Shown: piece after piece, positions 13,179-24,665 of the stretch
Position numbering within the stretch: position 1 is the first letter of the stretch
How the letters are laid out: the number at the start of each line of letters is the position of its first letter
From: Octopus sinensis
Lineage: Eukaryota
Reading direction: 5' to 3'
DNA: 64,000 bases
Assembly (NCBI RefSeq): GCF_006345805.1
Contig: NC_043022.1
Location: forward strand, 10,788,001-10,852,000
The notes under the pieces: generated by a model
Told to the model about the DNA's origin: nothing
The model's database searches: none
Seen by the model: only the letters and a program-made list of their open reading frames with translations
Made by a program: the position numbers and the translations under genes

Positions 13179-13659
13179 AGATTATTTTCAGTTGTAGCGC
13201 TTAATTCTACGAGGTCAGGGCTTACTTGGGGCTAAACACCAACAGTAGCAACGCCCTCTCTTTACTCCCTACGCACTCCATTGTTTATCATGTAGACATT
13301 ATTTTTACATAAGCCTACTTAATCTCACTGGGGAGCAATTTTGGTGGTTGTCAAAGTCCAAATGTGTCGACCGATATTTTAATAAAGTATGTAGGTATGT
13401 TGGCGTGCTTGAGAACTTTTGTCTTAACCACATACCTTCTGGATTCATTCCACTGCATGGTACTTTTCACAAGTGTTTTCTACAGCCTTAAAGTGACCAA
13501 TGCCTTGTGAATGGAATTGGTCGATGGAAACAGTTTGGGAGCTCATTGTATGCACATGTATGGACATGTCTCAGTATGTACAAGTGTTTATTTCTGTAAA
13601 TCTCAGCAGTGACAGTATTAGGGTGATTGTGATGCTGTGTAGGTTTCCCTTTAACCCCT

Positions 13660-13881
13660 TTATTTCTTTATTGCCCACAGGGGGCTTAACATAGAAGGGA
13701 CAGACAAACGGATTAAGTTGATTGCGTCGACCCCAGTTCGTAACTGGTGCTTATTTAATCGACCCCGAAAGGTTGAAAGGCAAAGTCGACCTCGGCGGAA
13801 TTTGAACTCAGAACTTAACGGCAGACGAAATACCGCTAGGCAGTTCGCCCGGCCTGCTAACGATTGTGCCAGTTCGCCGCC
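13660..13881 (-). mobile_element. SINE family C, young subfamily
   Basis: Reverse complement ggcggcgaactggcacaatcgttagc...ctgagttcaaattccgccgaggtcgactttgcctttca; CpGs intact. Confidence 0.9.
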
Positions 13882-13894
13882 CTCATCCCTTTAA

Positions 13895-14089
13895 CCCCTT
13901 AGCATTCAGATTACTCTGTCCAGTGTGATGCTAATTCATTGGTTTTAATTTTATCATGCTTTATATTACAACTGAGATTTTAATGATGGGATTGTTTATT
14001 CTTAGGAAGACATTGTAGTGTAGGTGTGGAAGGCCAGACTTGGCCAGTTTGAACAAAATACAGGTAGAATATTGGGCCAGATATGACCA
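13895..14089 (+). mobile_element. TTAA-flanked MITE family P2 (piggyBac-like), copy 1 of a tandem trio
   Basis: TTAA at 13891-13894 then ccccttagcattcagattactctgtc; internal sequence shared with 17689, 21594 and 46898. Confidence 0.75.
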
Positions 14090-14690
14090 CCCTTTAGAAT
14101 TCAGATGACTCTGTCAAATGTAATGCTTATTTATTCACATTGTTACTCTTTTACTCTTTTCAGTCATTTGACTGCGGCCATGCTGGAGCACCGCCTTTTT
14201 TAATTGAGCAACTCGACCCCGGGACTTATTCTTTTGTAAGCCCAGTACTTATTCTATCGGTCTCTTTTGCTGAACTGCTAAGTAACGGGGACATAAACAC
14301 ACCAGCATCAGTTGTCAAGCAATGCTAGGGGGACAAACACAGATACACAAACACACACATGCATATATATATATACATATATACGACGGGCTTCTTTCAG
14401 TTTCCGTCTACCAAATCCACTCACAAGGCTTTGGTCGGCCCGAGGCTATAGTAGAAGACACTTGCCCAAGGTGCCACGCAGTGGGACTGAACCCAGAGCC
14501 ATGTGGTTGGTAAACAAGCTACTTACGACACAGCCCAATCAATCATGCATTAATCTCATAGCTTTGAGATTTTGATGATGTGATTAGAATAACATTGTTG
14601 GGTAGGTGTGAAAGATAGGACATGGCCAGTGTTAATATGAAACGGGCAAAAATATTTGCAACAAATAGGTTCAGTTTAAATGCTGAAGGG
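14090..14690 (+). mobile_element. MITE family P2, copy 2, interrupted by SINE A
   Basis: Starts ccctttagaattcag, resumes after 14535, ends aaatgctgaaggg followed by TTAA at 14691-14694. Confidence 0.8.
14144..14535 (-). mobile_element. SINE family A nested in a MITE
   Basis: Near full-length copy; MITE sequence continues on both sides. Confidence 0.9.
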
Positions 14691-14695
14691 TTAAA

Positions 14696-15280
14696 CCCTT
14701 TAGCGTTCAGATTCTTCTGTCGAAAGTACTGCTTGTTTAATCACATTGTTGTCAAATAATCCTGCATTATTTCATAACTCTCTCTCTCTTTACTCTTTTA
14801 CTTGTTTCAGTCATTTGGCTGTGGCCATGCTGGAGCACTGCCTTTAGTCAAGCAAATTAGCCCCAGGACTTATTCTTTGTAAGCCTAGTACTTATTCTGT
14901 CAGTCTCTCTTGCTGAACTGCTAAGTTGCGGCGACGTAAACACACCAGCATTGGTTGTCAAGTGATATTGTGGGGACAAAGACACACAAACACACACACA
15001 CATATATATATATATATACGATGGGCTTCTTTCAGTTTCCGTCTACCAAATCGACTCACAAGGCTTTGGTGGGCCCGAGGCTATAGTAGAAGGTGCCATG
15101 CAGTGGGACTGAATCTGGAACCATGCTACTTACCACAAAGCCACTCCTATAAAATTTTATTGGTGTTACTGTTTTTAGAATGATACTGTAGGGTAGGTTT
15201 GAGCGGCTGAATTTGGCTGGTTTGAATGTAAAACGGGTAGAATATTTGGGCAGGTTGTGGATGGCTTCAGTACTGAAGTG
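14696..15280 (+). mobile_element. MITE family P2, copy 3, interrupted by SINE A
   Basis: Starts ccctttagcgttcagatt, resumes after 15149, ends tactgaagtg followed by TTAA at 15281-15284. Confidence 0.75.
14786..15149 (-). mobile_element. SINE family A nested in a MITE
   Basis: Near full-length copy with small internal deletions. Confidence 0.85.
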
Positions 15281-15822
15281 TTAAGCAACACATTCTTTAG
15301 CTCAGTGTGTTCATTAGTTTTGATAAACAACAACCAGTGGAATAAACATCCTCTTGTGCAGGTGGTGGTTAAAATTGTAGAAAATGTGAGTACATTGGTA
15401 CCAATGGTGGCTCTATTTGTAGAAGTACAAAAAGCCTCAAGCAGATTAGCATCTAAAGTCCAAACTTACTTTATCACCTGTTTTATTTGGTAGTCTGACC
15501 ACTGCCACATGAACAATGTCAGTCAAATATCTCTTAAATCATATATCTTATATCTTACTGTCACTGGAATAAATAATACGTGCTGTAATCCTAGATGCTC
15601 TTGAAATGAAGATGATGAACACAGCTGTAGTATCTTTGATCATGAGCCTACTAGATTGGCCTGACCTGGGGCTGAATGACATCATCGTTCAAATTTCTCC
15701 TAAAGCAAGAAGATTGGGCATTGCTAAGCATAGATATTTTAACCCACTTCTAAAATTAAAAATTTTTTTTTTTTAAAAGAAAAAGGTTTCAAATATATAT
15801 GTTTTGAACATTAGAGATTAAT

Positions 15823-16263
15823 CCCTTTTTTACCATATTTCTGCCGAAATACACTGCCTTTGGGTCAGTTAATTTTGTAAATACAGAAGAAATTAATAAA
15901 ATAACTTTGTCTTTATTAAACTGGTGATTAGGACATAAATTAACATGAAAGGAAGGTTCTCACTTAGATCTTTTTAACCCTTTCATTACCAACCCGGCTG
16001 AAACCACCTCTGGCGCTGTAGTACAAATGTTTTGTTTTCATAAGTTTTGAATTAAAATCTTCCACCAAACCTTAGTCACAATTTATGTTCCTAACACTAG
16101 CTGAATGATAACTAAGTTATTTTACTAAATTCTTTGTTGTATTTAAAATTAATTGAAAGAAACACAGAGCATCTCAGAATAAATACAGTAACAAAAGGGT
16201 TAAAACATGAAGTTTGTGTCAAAGACCTGGGGGTTGTTTCGGACAGCTTGGTATAAAAAAGGG
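15823..16263. mobile_element. Older TTAA MITE (family P1-related), split by a younger P1 MITE
   Basis: Starts cccttttttaccatatttctgccgaaatacac, ends ggtataaaaaaggg with TTAA at 16264-16267. Confidence 0.65.
15978..16199. mobile_element. TTAA-flanked MITE family P1 (piggyBac-like)
   Basis: TTAA at 15974-15977 and 16200-16203; TIRs CCCTTTCATTAC / GTAACAAAAGGG; highly similar to 43425-43643. Confidence 0.9.
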
Positions 16264-16879
16264 TTAAAAATGTACAAAAAAAGTATTTTTTTAAAACAGT
16301 ATACAAACAGAAACAATAAAAGGGAACCTCGATTCACTGCTTTAGAACTGTATTCATGTATTAATTACATAGATAAAGAATGGATAAAAAAATATGAATA
16401 TCTTGTTTCCATAATAATGGAATTAAAATGTATTCAATTATGAAAGCGTTTAGTATTGTATGGTTTCGCTTATTTGCTGCTGTTTCAATTTATTAAAGAT
16501 GAAAATTCAATTATAAATACAAGTGAAACATATTTTTACACTTCAAATACAAATGAAATGTATAAATTTTACTCTCTCTCTGTGAAATATTTTTTATAGT
16601 CACAAAGGTACTCATTAAAAAAAATGGTGTTGGGTGGAAAACAGTTGTATGTCTTTTAACCCTAATTAGTTCTGATTAAACAAAACCTTTTGTGGTTTCT
16701 TAATTATGTGTGAAACAGAAAAGTTTGAAGATCATTTAAAAAAAAAGGACTTAATAAAATAGGAAATTGGCAGAATTGTTTGAGTATTGGACAAAATGCT
16801 TTGCTGTATTTTGTTCCAACTCTGTGTTATGAGTTCAAATTCTGTTGAGGCTGACTTTGCCTTTCATGTTTTTGGAAGG

Positions 16880-17350
16880 TCACATCTCTAGTACTATGGA
16901 CATATGATTAGGAGGTCACAGGAAAGAACCGCAAGATAACTTTTTAAAGCTGAGCCAACTGGCAAGAGACCTGTGTAGACTAAGAATGAGGTGGTTGGAT
17001 AATATCCATCGTCTTGGGTGGTCATGCTTGAGAATTCACAAGGAAGTGTAATTATAGTTGCTTATGATAGGACCCAATGGAAGAAGTGCCTGAGGACTCT
17101 ACTCTCACAACCCTTTCTAGAATAGTGGGTGGAGAAGATGGATGGATGGTTAGGGTTTCAAATGGGAGAGAATGACCTGAAATAACTCTGCTGTTATTTC
17201 TTACTCTCTCTCTCTCTCTCTCAGCTTGTTGCTCTTGCTCTTCTCTTTCTCCTTCCTTAACTATTGATGTTTCTTTTGTACATGAGCTAGCCTCTTGCCC
17301 CTTCACTCTGCAGTTTTCCAGTTGCTGTTTAACCCTAGGCCAATGCTACT
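16880..17350 (+). pseudogene. RTE-clade LINE 3' end (ORF2 C-terminus and probable 3' UTR)
   Basis: Reads YYGHMIRR...KAEPTGKRP...RMRWLDNIH...AYDRTQWKKCLRTL (RTE GHV..R / G.R..GRP..RW.D / DR..W pattern); downstream ttaactattga.gtttc block shared with 57490-57590. Confidence 0.75.
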
Positions 17351-17688
17351 CTAACCAACTCTACTACCACAACCTTCCCAGGAATAGTGGGAGGAAATGA
17401 ATAGATAAAAAAAAAAAAAAGTTTTTTCGAGGTGGAACTGTAATAACTTTCAATGGATTGCCTTGTGATATATGTTCTTCTTTGCATTTTGAGTTCAAAT
17501 CCCGCCATGGCTTACTTAGCCTGCTGCCCAATTTATCACCACCTTCCATGGATGCCTTTAGTGGATAGGGTCTACTCTGTAGTAAGCATTTGGGCTAGGT
17601 TTCTGGTTTGAGGATGCCTTCCTTTCTCCCTCCTTCCCACCAGTTTCAGAGGCCCTGACTCGGATTTAAAATAAAAAATAAAGTTTAA

Positions 17689-17830
17689 CCCTTTAGCATT
17701 CAGATTACTCTGCCAAATGTAATGCTTATTTATTCATTGCTTTAATTAATCCTGCATTGTCTTGTAGCTTCAAGATTTCAATGTGACTGTTTATTTTCAG
17801 AATGGCATTGTAGGGTAGGTGTGAGAGGCT
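17689..17830 (+). mobile_element. MITE family P2, truncated
   Basis: TTAA at 17685-17688 then CCCTTTAGCATTcagattactctg; right end missing. Confidence 0.75.
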
Positions 17831-18365
17831 ATATGAGCTTAAACTATGTGAACTGTTCCTTACTGGTACCTACTTCCTTACTGGTACCTATACCACTGTA
17901 GTACCTACTTAGAGCCAGTTTGAACTGCATCACTCTGTGTGGTGGTACTTAACATAAAACTTCAAAGACTGTGCTTAACTATGGTACCTACTCACAGATA
18001 GAGGGACTGTGTACTTCATCAATGTGGCTTTTTCAGCTTGGTGATGAGTCCTTTGAGAGTTAAATGTTTTGGCCATGGTCATGGTGTAGTACTGTTGATA
18101 AGGTATGAACCTCTCACATCTCTGCTCATTGTTTGCTACTCTATCAAATCAGTTTCCCATATTCTCTTTTCCAATACAAGTGATATAGAAAATCAAATCA
18201 TGAAATAATTAGTTCGTAGGGTATATTAAATCATCTTATTTTTTGTACATTCTGCCAAAAAAAGCTTGCATAGAACAAAATCTCATTCCTCATGGTGTAA
18301 TGCTTCTGATCTTATGTCTACTCAGAAAAACTTATCAGTCTGCCTCATGGATCCTGGCAGGCAGG

Positions 18366-18641
18366 ATGGAGAATGGTGAGGGAGATGCACTGGAATTGCC
18401 ACTCTGACTTCACAGGGCTCACATTGCAGATGGCCATCTTTGCCCTGATAGCAATGAGCAAGGATGTAGTTTAGGGGCCATGCCAAGAACACTGGAGGTC
18501 TCCACTGCCACAGGCTTGACCACAAACCTGTTGGAGAGCAGCTGGTATTTATGACAGTTTGCCCTTTTTGGCCTGATGAGCAGCAAATCCTGGACTGGTA
18601 GCTGAACACACCAGGTTGCCACTGGAGAAGCTGTCTACAGA
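18366..18641 (-). pseudogene. CRE-clade non-LTR retrotransposon C-terminal fragment (restriction-like endonuclease region)
   Basis: With two frameshifts: SVDSFSSGNLVCSATSPGFAAHQAKKGK-HKYQLLSNRFVVKPVAVETSSVLG-TTSLLIAIRAKMAICNVSPVKSEWQFQCISLTILH. This follows the CRE pattern TCVDT..AA..AE..K..KY..L...F.P.A.ET.G..G...LL..IG......W.FQR.SL.I. Confidence 0.7.
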
Positions 18642-18669
18642 AAATTAACCTCTCAGGTGGCGCATTTTG

Positions 18670-18950
18670 TTTACTGTTATTTTAAATCCAGTTTTACTCT
18701 GATCAAGCAGACACCATCCTAACATGCTTTTAGCTGTAATGTACCCTGGACTACATTATTCAATGTGTCCTTACCATTATTATATACAGTTATATATTGG
18801 GATGGATATCTTCGTCTTAGTATCAACTAATATGAGGACAATTGTCCAAACATACCAGTGCTTTTCCCTTTTTAAAGAAGCTTGGATGCGGTATGGAGGA
18901 GATTTGGCTGCTGTTTCTTGCATGTTGGATGACTGCATAGAAGCTCCCTT
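18670..18950 (+). repeat. Repeat family G
   Basis: ctctgatcaagcagac, ccctggactacattattcaatgtgtcc, ggagatttggctgctgtttcttgca. Confidence 0.6.
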
Positions 18951-19810
18951 GTGAAATGTAGAGGTCATTGTTGTCTCTGTTCACTTTCTTTCTCTCTTAG
19001 CACTCATTAAATTGTATTATGATGGATAGAATACGAGTAATGTGTGAGTAATGGTGCTATTTCTCTCTCTCTGTCTATTTCCATGTTCATATGTATGTGA
19101 CTATGTTTTGTTTTTTTAGTTTTTTTCTACTGTTTGTATGTATGTAAGTATGTGTGTTTGATTTAAAACTTGCTTGATTATAGGCTTCTCCAATAGAAAG
19201 TTAAAGTTGTGTATTTTTAGGTACTTGTGAGTAACCCAAGATCGTCTGTAACTGGAATCTGTGTGTGTTGGTGTGTAGCCATAGAATATAAATATTTCCA
19301 ATTGTGTTGGAATGTCAGAGAGATTTTATTACTGGATTAAATTAAGCAGCAAATATAATGGACTCTCTTGCCCTCTGTTTATGCACTAATAGACAACTTC
19401 CTTTACCTAAATTAACCCATTAAAGGAGCATCTATGTTTGGGGTAAGGGAACCTCTGGTCCACTTCTGATATTTCTCAAATTTGGAATCTCCTGCTGATA
19501 AAATTTCTAAAACTCTCCAATGAAACAAAATCAGTTTAAGCCTTAAGATTAAAAACAGTAATTTAATAAAAATTGTTTGTCAGTTTGTTTTATGTCCATT
19601 TTTCTGTGCTAGCATGGGTTAAATGAGTACATGTTATTGAGGTATTATTTTGCAGCTGTATACCCTTCCTCTTGCTAACTCTTACTTGGATTTTGAGGAA
19701 GGGACTTTTTTTTTTTTAAATTCTAGGTCTTTGAAAACTAGCAGCGGATTTGTTGGTAGGGAATTGTTGAAAAGTTCACCACTTTGTATCTCATGCTAGG
19801 ATTCTCTTAA

Positions 19811-19986
19811 CTCTAGTATTTAAACTGGCCATATTTGCCCCAAAATATTCTGCTTGTTTTACATGCAAACTGAAGAAATTCCACCACTCACACCTACCCT
19901 ACAATGCCATTCTAAAAATATGCACTCACATCACCAAAATCTCTGCACAATTAATTCAAAGACAAAATAATCCAAACACTAAAGGG
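19811..19986 (-). mobile_element. MITE family P2 (reverse orientation)
   Basis: TTAA at 19807-19810 and 19987-19990; ends cactaaaggg. Confidence 0.75.
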
Positions 19987-20324
19987 TTAATCCTTCGAAA
20001 GTAAACAAAATTGGTTCAAATCTTTTTTGAAGCTGATTTCGTCCTTTGTCACTAATTTTCCTGTTGTTAATCTTAAAGGAGCTGTATCACTTTCATTCTT
20101 TTTGTTCCACTAGGCACAGCTGGGTGGTTAAAGAGTTTGCTTTCTACCCCTGAGGTCCTGAGTTTGATTCCGCTGCTTGGCATCTTGGATAAGTGCCCTT
20201 ACCAAAAGCTTCCAGTCAACCCAAGTCTTGTAAATGAAATTGGGTTGATGGAAACTGTACCAAAGCCTGTTGGATGAACTCTTTCTGTAATTTGTATCTT
20301 TATAGATCTACAATTTGTTCTTGT

Positions 20325-20695
20325 ATGGAATGCTATTGCCATGGTTGGGCAGGTGCACCATCTTATCACCTGGATTCTTCTTAACGAGGTTCAGAAGTGA
20401 GTCTCTAATTTGATTGGTTCTTCTTGATGTCACCAGTCTTTGTCTTTTCTATTGTTATTGCCACAAGAAGTGCTCTGATGATCTTTCTTTGTTAGTCCCA
20501 GATGACTTTGTGTCATCTCACCTGACTCAAAACTCACAACATCTTCATCCAAATGCTGTTGTGCTTCCATGAATAAAGAAGTCTTTGTATAGTCATAGCT
20601 TTTTTCCTTTGAACTGCCAAACTTTGGAACTCTTTTATCTCATTTTCTTCTTTCTTATCTGAATTCTTTCAAGTCTAAAGTAAATTCATTCCCTT
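20325..20695 (+). pseudogene. Decayed CR1/L2-like LINE 3' end
   Basis: MECYCHGWAGAPSYHLDS..VQK (compare MEYCSH.W.GA...L..LD..QK), then SFF..TAKLWNS and FKSKVN-type C-terminus. Confidence 0.7.
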
Positions 20696-21165
20696 TGTCT
20701 TAATTTATTTATATATCCTCACACACTAAATGACTTCTCATCTTGTTTGGAACTTGCTTACTTATTGAAAAAAAGAAGAAGAAAACATTCAAAGGTCATG
20801 TTGATTCTACTTGCAAATTACACAAAGTTTGCATTTGTCAGTGGAATACTCTGCCACTTTACATCCAATGAGTAGACCATCAAGTTGACTGAACAACTAG
20901 ACACTCTTACACTGAAAATGTGCTGGTGTATCTTGGGCAACATGGTTGTGGTATAGTTTAGAAAACCAACAGGTTAACGATGTTTGTAGGAGAGCTTAGG
21001 AAGGTAAACAAGAAGAATGAAATACTGTGAGTGAATAAATTAGGGAAAGAGAAGTTAAAAGCAATTAAGTACAAGACAAGGAGAAAAACTTGTTCTTAAT
21101 TAGTTTTGACTTGTTTCAACTTCTCTTCCCTTAATTTATTCAGTTAAAGTATTTCAACTTTCAGT

Positions 21166-21465
21166 GGAGGCACATGGCCTAGTGGTTAGAGCAGCGGACT
21201 CGTGGTTGAGGGATCGCGGGTTCGAATCTCAGACCAGGCGATGTGTGTGTTATGAGCGAAACACCTAAGCTCCATGCGGCTCCAGCAGAAGGTAATGGCA
21301 AACTTCTGCTGACTCTTTCGCCACAACTTTCTCTCACTCTTTCCTCCTGCATCTTGCAGCTCACCTACAACAGACCGGCATCTGTCCAGGTGGGGAACCC
21401 ATACGCTAAGGAAATCGAGAATCCGGCCCTAATGAGCCAGGCGTGGCTCAAGAAGGAACAAACAA
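21166..21465 (+). mobile_element. SINE family E (tRNA-derived head, V-domain-like core)
   Basis: A box tggcctagtgg, B box ggttcgaatct; core cagctcacctacaacagaccggcatctgtccaggtgggg; (AAC)-type tail. Confidence 0.8.
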
Positions 21466-21593
21466 TTTCAACTTTCTCCTTTACCTTCCTAACCTCTCCT
21501 ACTAACAGCGTTACCCTGGTGTCTTTCTATACTATAGTGAAATTAATGTGTGACTCCATCATATAATGCATATACGTTTGTGTGGTTCCTTAA

Positions 21594-21814
21594 CCCACTA
21601 GCATTCAGATTATGAATTCAAATGTTCGCCTTTTTCATTCACATTGTTTTTAATTAATCATGAATTATCTTGTACCTTCAAAATTTTGACGATGGGATCA
21701 TATATTCTTAGAATGACATTGAAGAGTAGGTGTGATGGGCTGGATCAGGCTGGTTTGAACATAAAACGTGTAGCGTATTTGGGCTGGATATGGCTGGTTT
21801 AAATGCTAAAAGGG
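21594..21814 (+). mobile_element. MITE family P2
   Basis: TTAA at 21590-21593, cccactagcattcag ... aaatgctaaaaggg. Confidence 0.8.
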
Positions 21815-22144
21815 CTGAATTCGACTTGAGGCCAATTTTCATAGGGGTCAGGGAAAGAGGATCAGTTATACGGATTTCAGTAGATCCTTCACTCTGTTTC
21901 ATCTCCCTTCTTTCCTCAGATGGATGAAGGACAAAATTTGTCCTCAAGTGATTTGAATGAAGAACACAGAGAGACAAAGAACAAAACTAATTGTTTATTT
22001 TACTCTCTCCTCATTTTGATGCTAATCTTCTTTCCCACCTCTTCCACCTGTTCTTTCTCTTCCTTTTTTTTAGAATCACCCTATTATATATATATATATG
22101 TGTGTGTGTATGTACGTACACACACACAAACATAGATGTATATC

Positions 22145-22403
22145 TTGTTTCAGTCATTTAACTGCAGCCAAGCATTTTAGTCAAATGAATCAACCCCAGT
22201 ACTTATTTTTTAAAGCCTGGTACTTAATTCTATCGGTTTCTTTTGGCAAACCGCTAAGTTAGGGATGTTAACAAATCAAAACTAGTTATACGCACGCATG
22301 CGTTTCTTTCAGTTCCTGTCCACTAAATTCACTCGCAAGGTTTTGGTTGGCCTGAGGCAGTTGCCCAAGTTGCCATACAGTGGGACTGAACCCAGAACCA
22401 TGT
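22145..22403 (-). mobile_element. SINE family A, internally deleted
   Basis: Tail and head motifs present; middle shortened. Confidence 0.75.
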
Positions 22404-22534
22404 GGTGTGTGTGTGTGTGTGTGTGTCTGTATGTACACACACACACACACATATATAGATAGATAGATAGAAAGATACGCACACACACGTGTACATACAC
22501 AAGCACATATACACACATGTAACCACATGTGGAT

Positions 22535-22680
22535 AGTTGGCGACTTTTTCCCTCTGTCTCCTGTTTCTGACGAAAAGCTTTGCTCGGAACATAAAACTAT
22601 TTTCCTTTCCTTCCCTGAGCGTCTGCTAAATACTTTGAATGTACAACATCTTCGTGTTGTTTTTTTCTTGTTTTTTTTCT
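22535..22680 (+). mobile_element. Penelope-like terminal fragment containing a decayed minimal hammerhead fold (22563-22597)
   Basis: GTTT-CTGACGA-A-AAGC-TTT-GCTC-GGAAC-ATA-AAAC: stem I GTTT/AAAC, intact CUGANGA, stem II with one mismatch, GAAA mutated to GGAA; pyrimidine-rich tail follows. Confidence 0.5.
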
Positions 22681-23206
22681 TTTTTTTTTTTTTGGATTAA
22701 CTATACACACACGTTTTGTATCATGTTTGATCCTAGTAGCCATGAAATAACAATCCTTACTACTATTAGCTGTGTAGTAAGGGAACCGTTATGGGATACG
22801 TGAATCTTAACCAGAGAAAGATGGCCCCTGTCTTCCTCCTAATGTAACCTGATGAAAACTGTAACAATAACATTAACACCACTGTGTGGGTGTATGTGTG
22901 TCACTTGGGTTCAAGAAATAGAAACGGTGTGTATAGGGAGGTGTATATACGCATAAACATGCGTGCAACCACACAAATTCACACACATAACCAGACAATA
23001 TAATGTTCAACAAGAAGATTAATTCATCAATGAGTTCTCCCTCAGTTTCATCTCTCTCTCTCTTTCTCTCTCCTCCCTTTGACTTCCCTTCTTTTCCTCA
23101 TCACTCTGTCTCTCATCCTCTCTCTCTATCTCTTTTTCTCTCTTTTGTCTCTTAACATTTCCTTGTCACTCCCTCCTCACTTTTATCCTTTCTCTCTTCC
23201 TCCTAT

Positions 23207-23240
<34 letters not shown>

Positions 23241-23744
23241 CACACACACACAAACACACACTCACAGTGTTGCACTCTAGCTAGTCTATTGAATTTTGTC
23301 ATTAGTGTCATCAGGTACGTTTCATTTAACCTATCTTTGATTAATTATATGAATATGAGGCAATTAGGAAAGCAGGTGGAAATGGTGGTTGTGGTGATGG
23401 TTGTTAATGGCTAACATGGAAGGAAGTAAAGATACCATCCTTAGGGACAATTACCCTCACTTTCATGTTTTATCTCCTGTAAAATCTCCCAAGACAACAG
23501 CAGAACACTGTCCCTTCTCCATTCCCTACGAAGGAGGAAGGAGGATCACGTGTCTCCGGAGATTTGTAGTGTGGTCCACCCTCCCCACTGTGGTGGGCAT
23601 TACAGATTGATGGATGAGGTGGGAGTGGGGGAATATTTAGATTTACTCAGTGTTTCTAAGTAAAACTGCCCCCCCTCCCCAAACAAAACCACAGGCATGG
23701 TGGGGGGGGTGTGGTGGTGGGGGAAGTTTATGTTTGTGTGTTGA

Positions 23745-23915
23745 GGTGCGTGAGTGTATGTAGATGCTTGTAAATGTTGCGGAGGTTGACTTTGCCTTTC
23801 ATCCTTTCAGGGTCGATTAAATAAGTACCAGTTACGCACTGGGGTCGATATAATCGACTTAATCCGTTTGTCTGTCCTTGTTTGTCCCCTCTGTGTTTAG
23901 TCCCTTGTGGGTAGT
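23745..23915 (+). mobile_element. SINE family C, 5'-truncated
   Basis: gcggaggttgactttgcctttcatcctttcagggtcgattaaataagtaccag...ggggtcgatataatcgacttaatcc. Confidence 0.85.
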
Positions 23916-24486
23916 AAAGAAATAGTAAATGTATCAATGTGTAGGTGTGCGTAGATGGTTGTGTGAGTGAGGTAGATATGAATGAGTGTGTGTGCGCATG
24001 TGTGTATGCATGCATGTTGATGGACATGTGTGTATGTGTTGGTGGAGGAATACCCAAGAATGCTCAGGAGTACAGAAAGTATCAGAAAACACCACCCAGC
24101 TTATGACTACTTTTGAAGATGCCTGTATACATTTCTGATAGCCAATGGATAAGACCTACAAACTGGAACAAAGACACACACACTCACACACACTATTATA
24201 TTTATTGACGTCATATAAGAATTTAGAAACTTTTGAGACAATGTGAAATAATTCTCTTTTGAACCTGGATCTTGAATTCATCCATGTTTTCTCCAAAGTT
24301 TAGGAATTATGAAGTCAACAACATACAATTCTCATTGCTAAGAATAATGTTTCTTGAAAAGGGCAAGAGAAATTCAAAGCGTTGCTTTGGTACAATGGTA
24401 GAATACCTGTCACCTCTACAGATGTGGGTAGCTTTCAACTTTTTCTATCCTGAAGGGTTTTCCAACCCAGTATTTACATACTAAAG

Positions 24487-24665
24487 ATGGTGAGTTGGTA
24501 TAATTATCAGCACACCAGGCAAAATGTTTAGCAGCATTTTGTCTATCTTTACATTCTGAGTTCAAATTCCACTGAGGTTGACTTTGCCTTTCATCCTCCT
24601 GGGGTTGATGTAACCGACTTATCCCCTTCCCTGAAATTGCTGGCCTTGTGCCAAAATTTGAGACA
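24487..24665 (+). mobile_element. SINE family C
   Basis: Head ggtgagttggtataattatcagc, B box gagttcaaattc, core and tail present. Confidence 0.8.

Noticed and set aside
18564-18600. CTGATGAG as a hammerhead core
   Set aside because: No stem II or GAAA follows, and the site lies inside the CRE coding remnant. The CTGATGA at about 47342 and 52081 likewise lack the rest of the fold.
21166-21240. Possible tRNA gene
   Set aside because: A and B boxes are present, but the acceptor stem does not close and the sequence continues into a SINE core and tail. The same holds for 30286 and 61107.
22755-22782. 9-bp perfect hairpin CCTTACTAC/GTAGTAAGG
   Set aside because: Short enough to occur by chance in 64 kb, with no supporting context.
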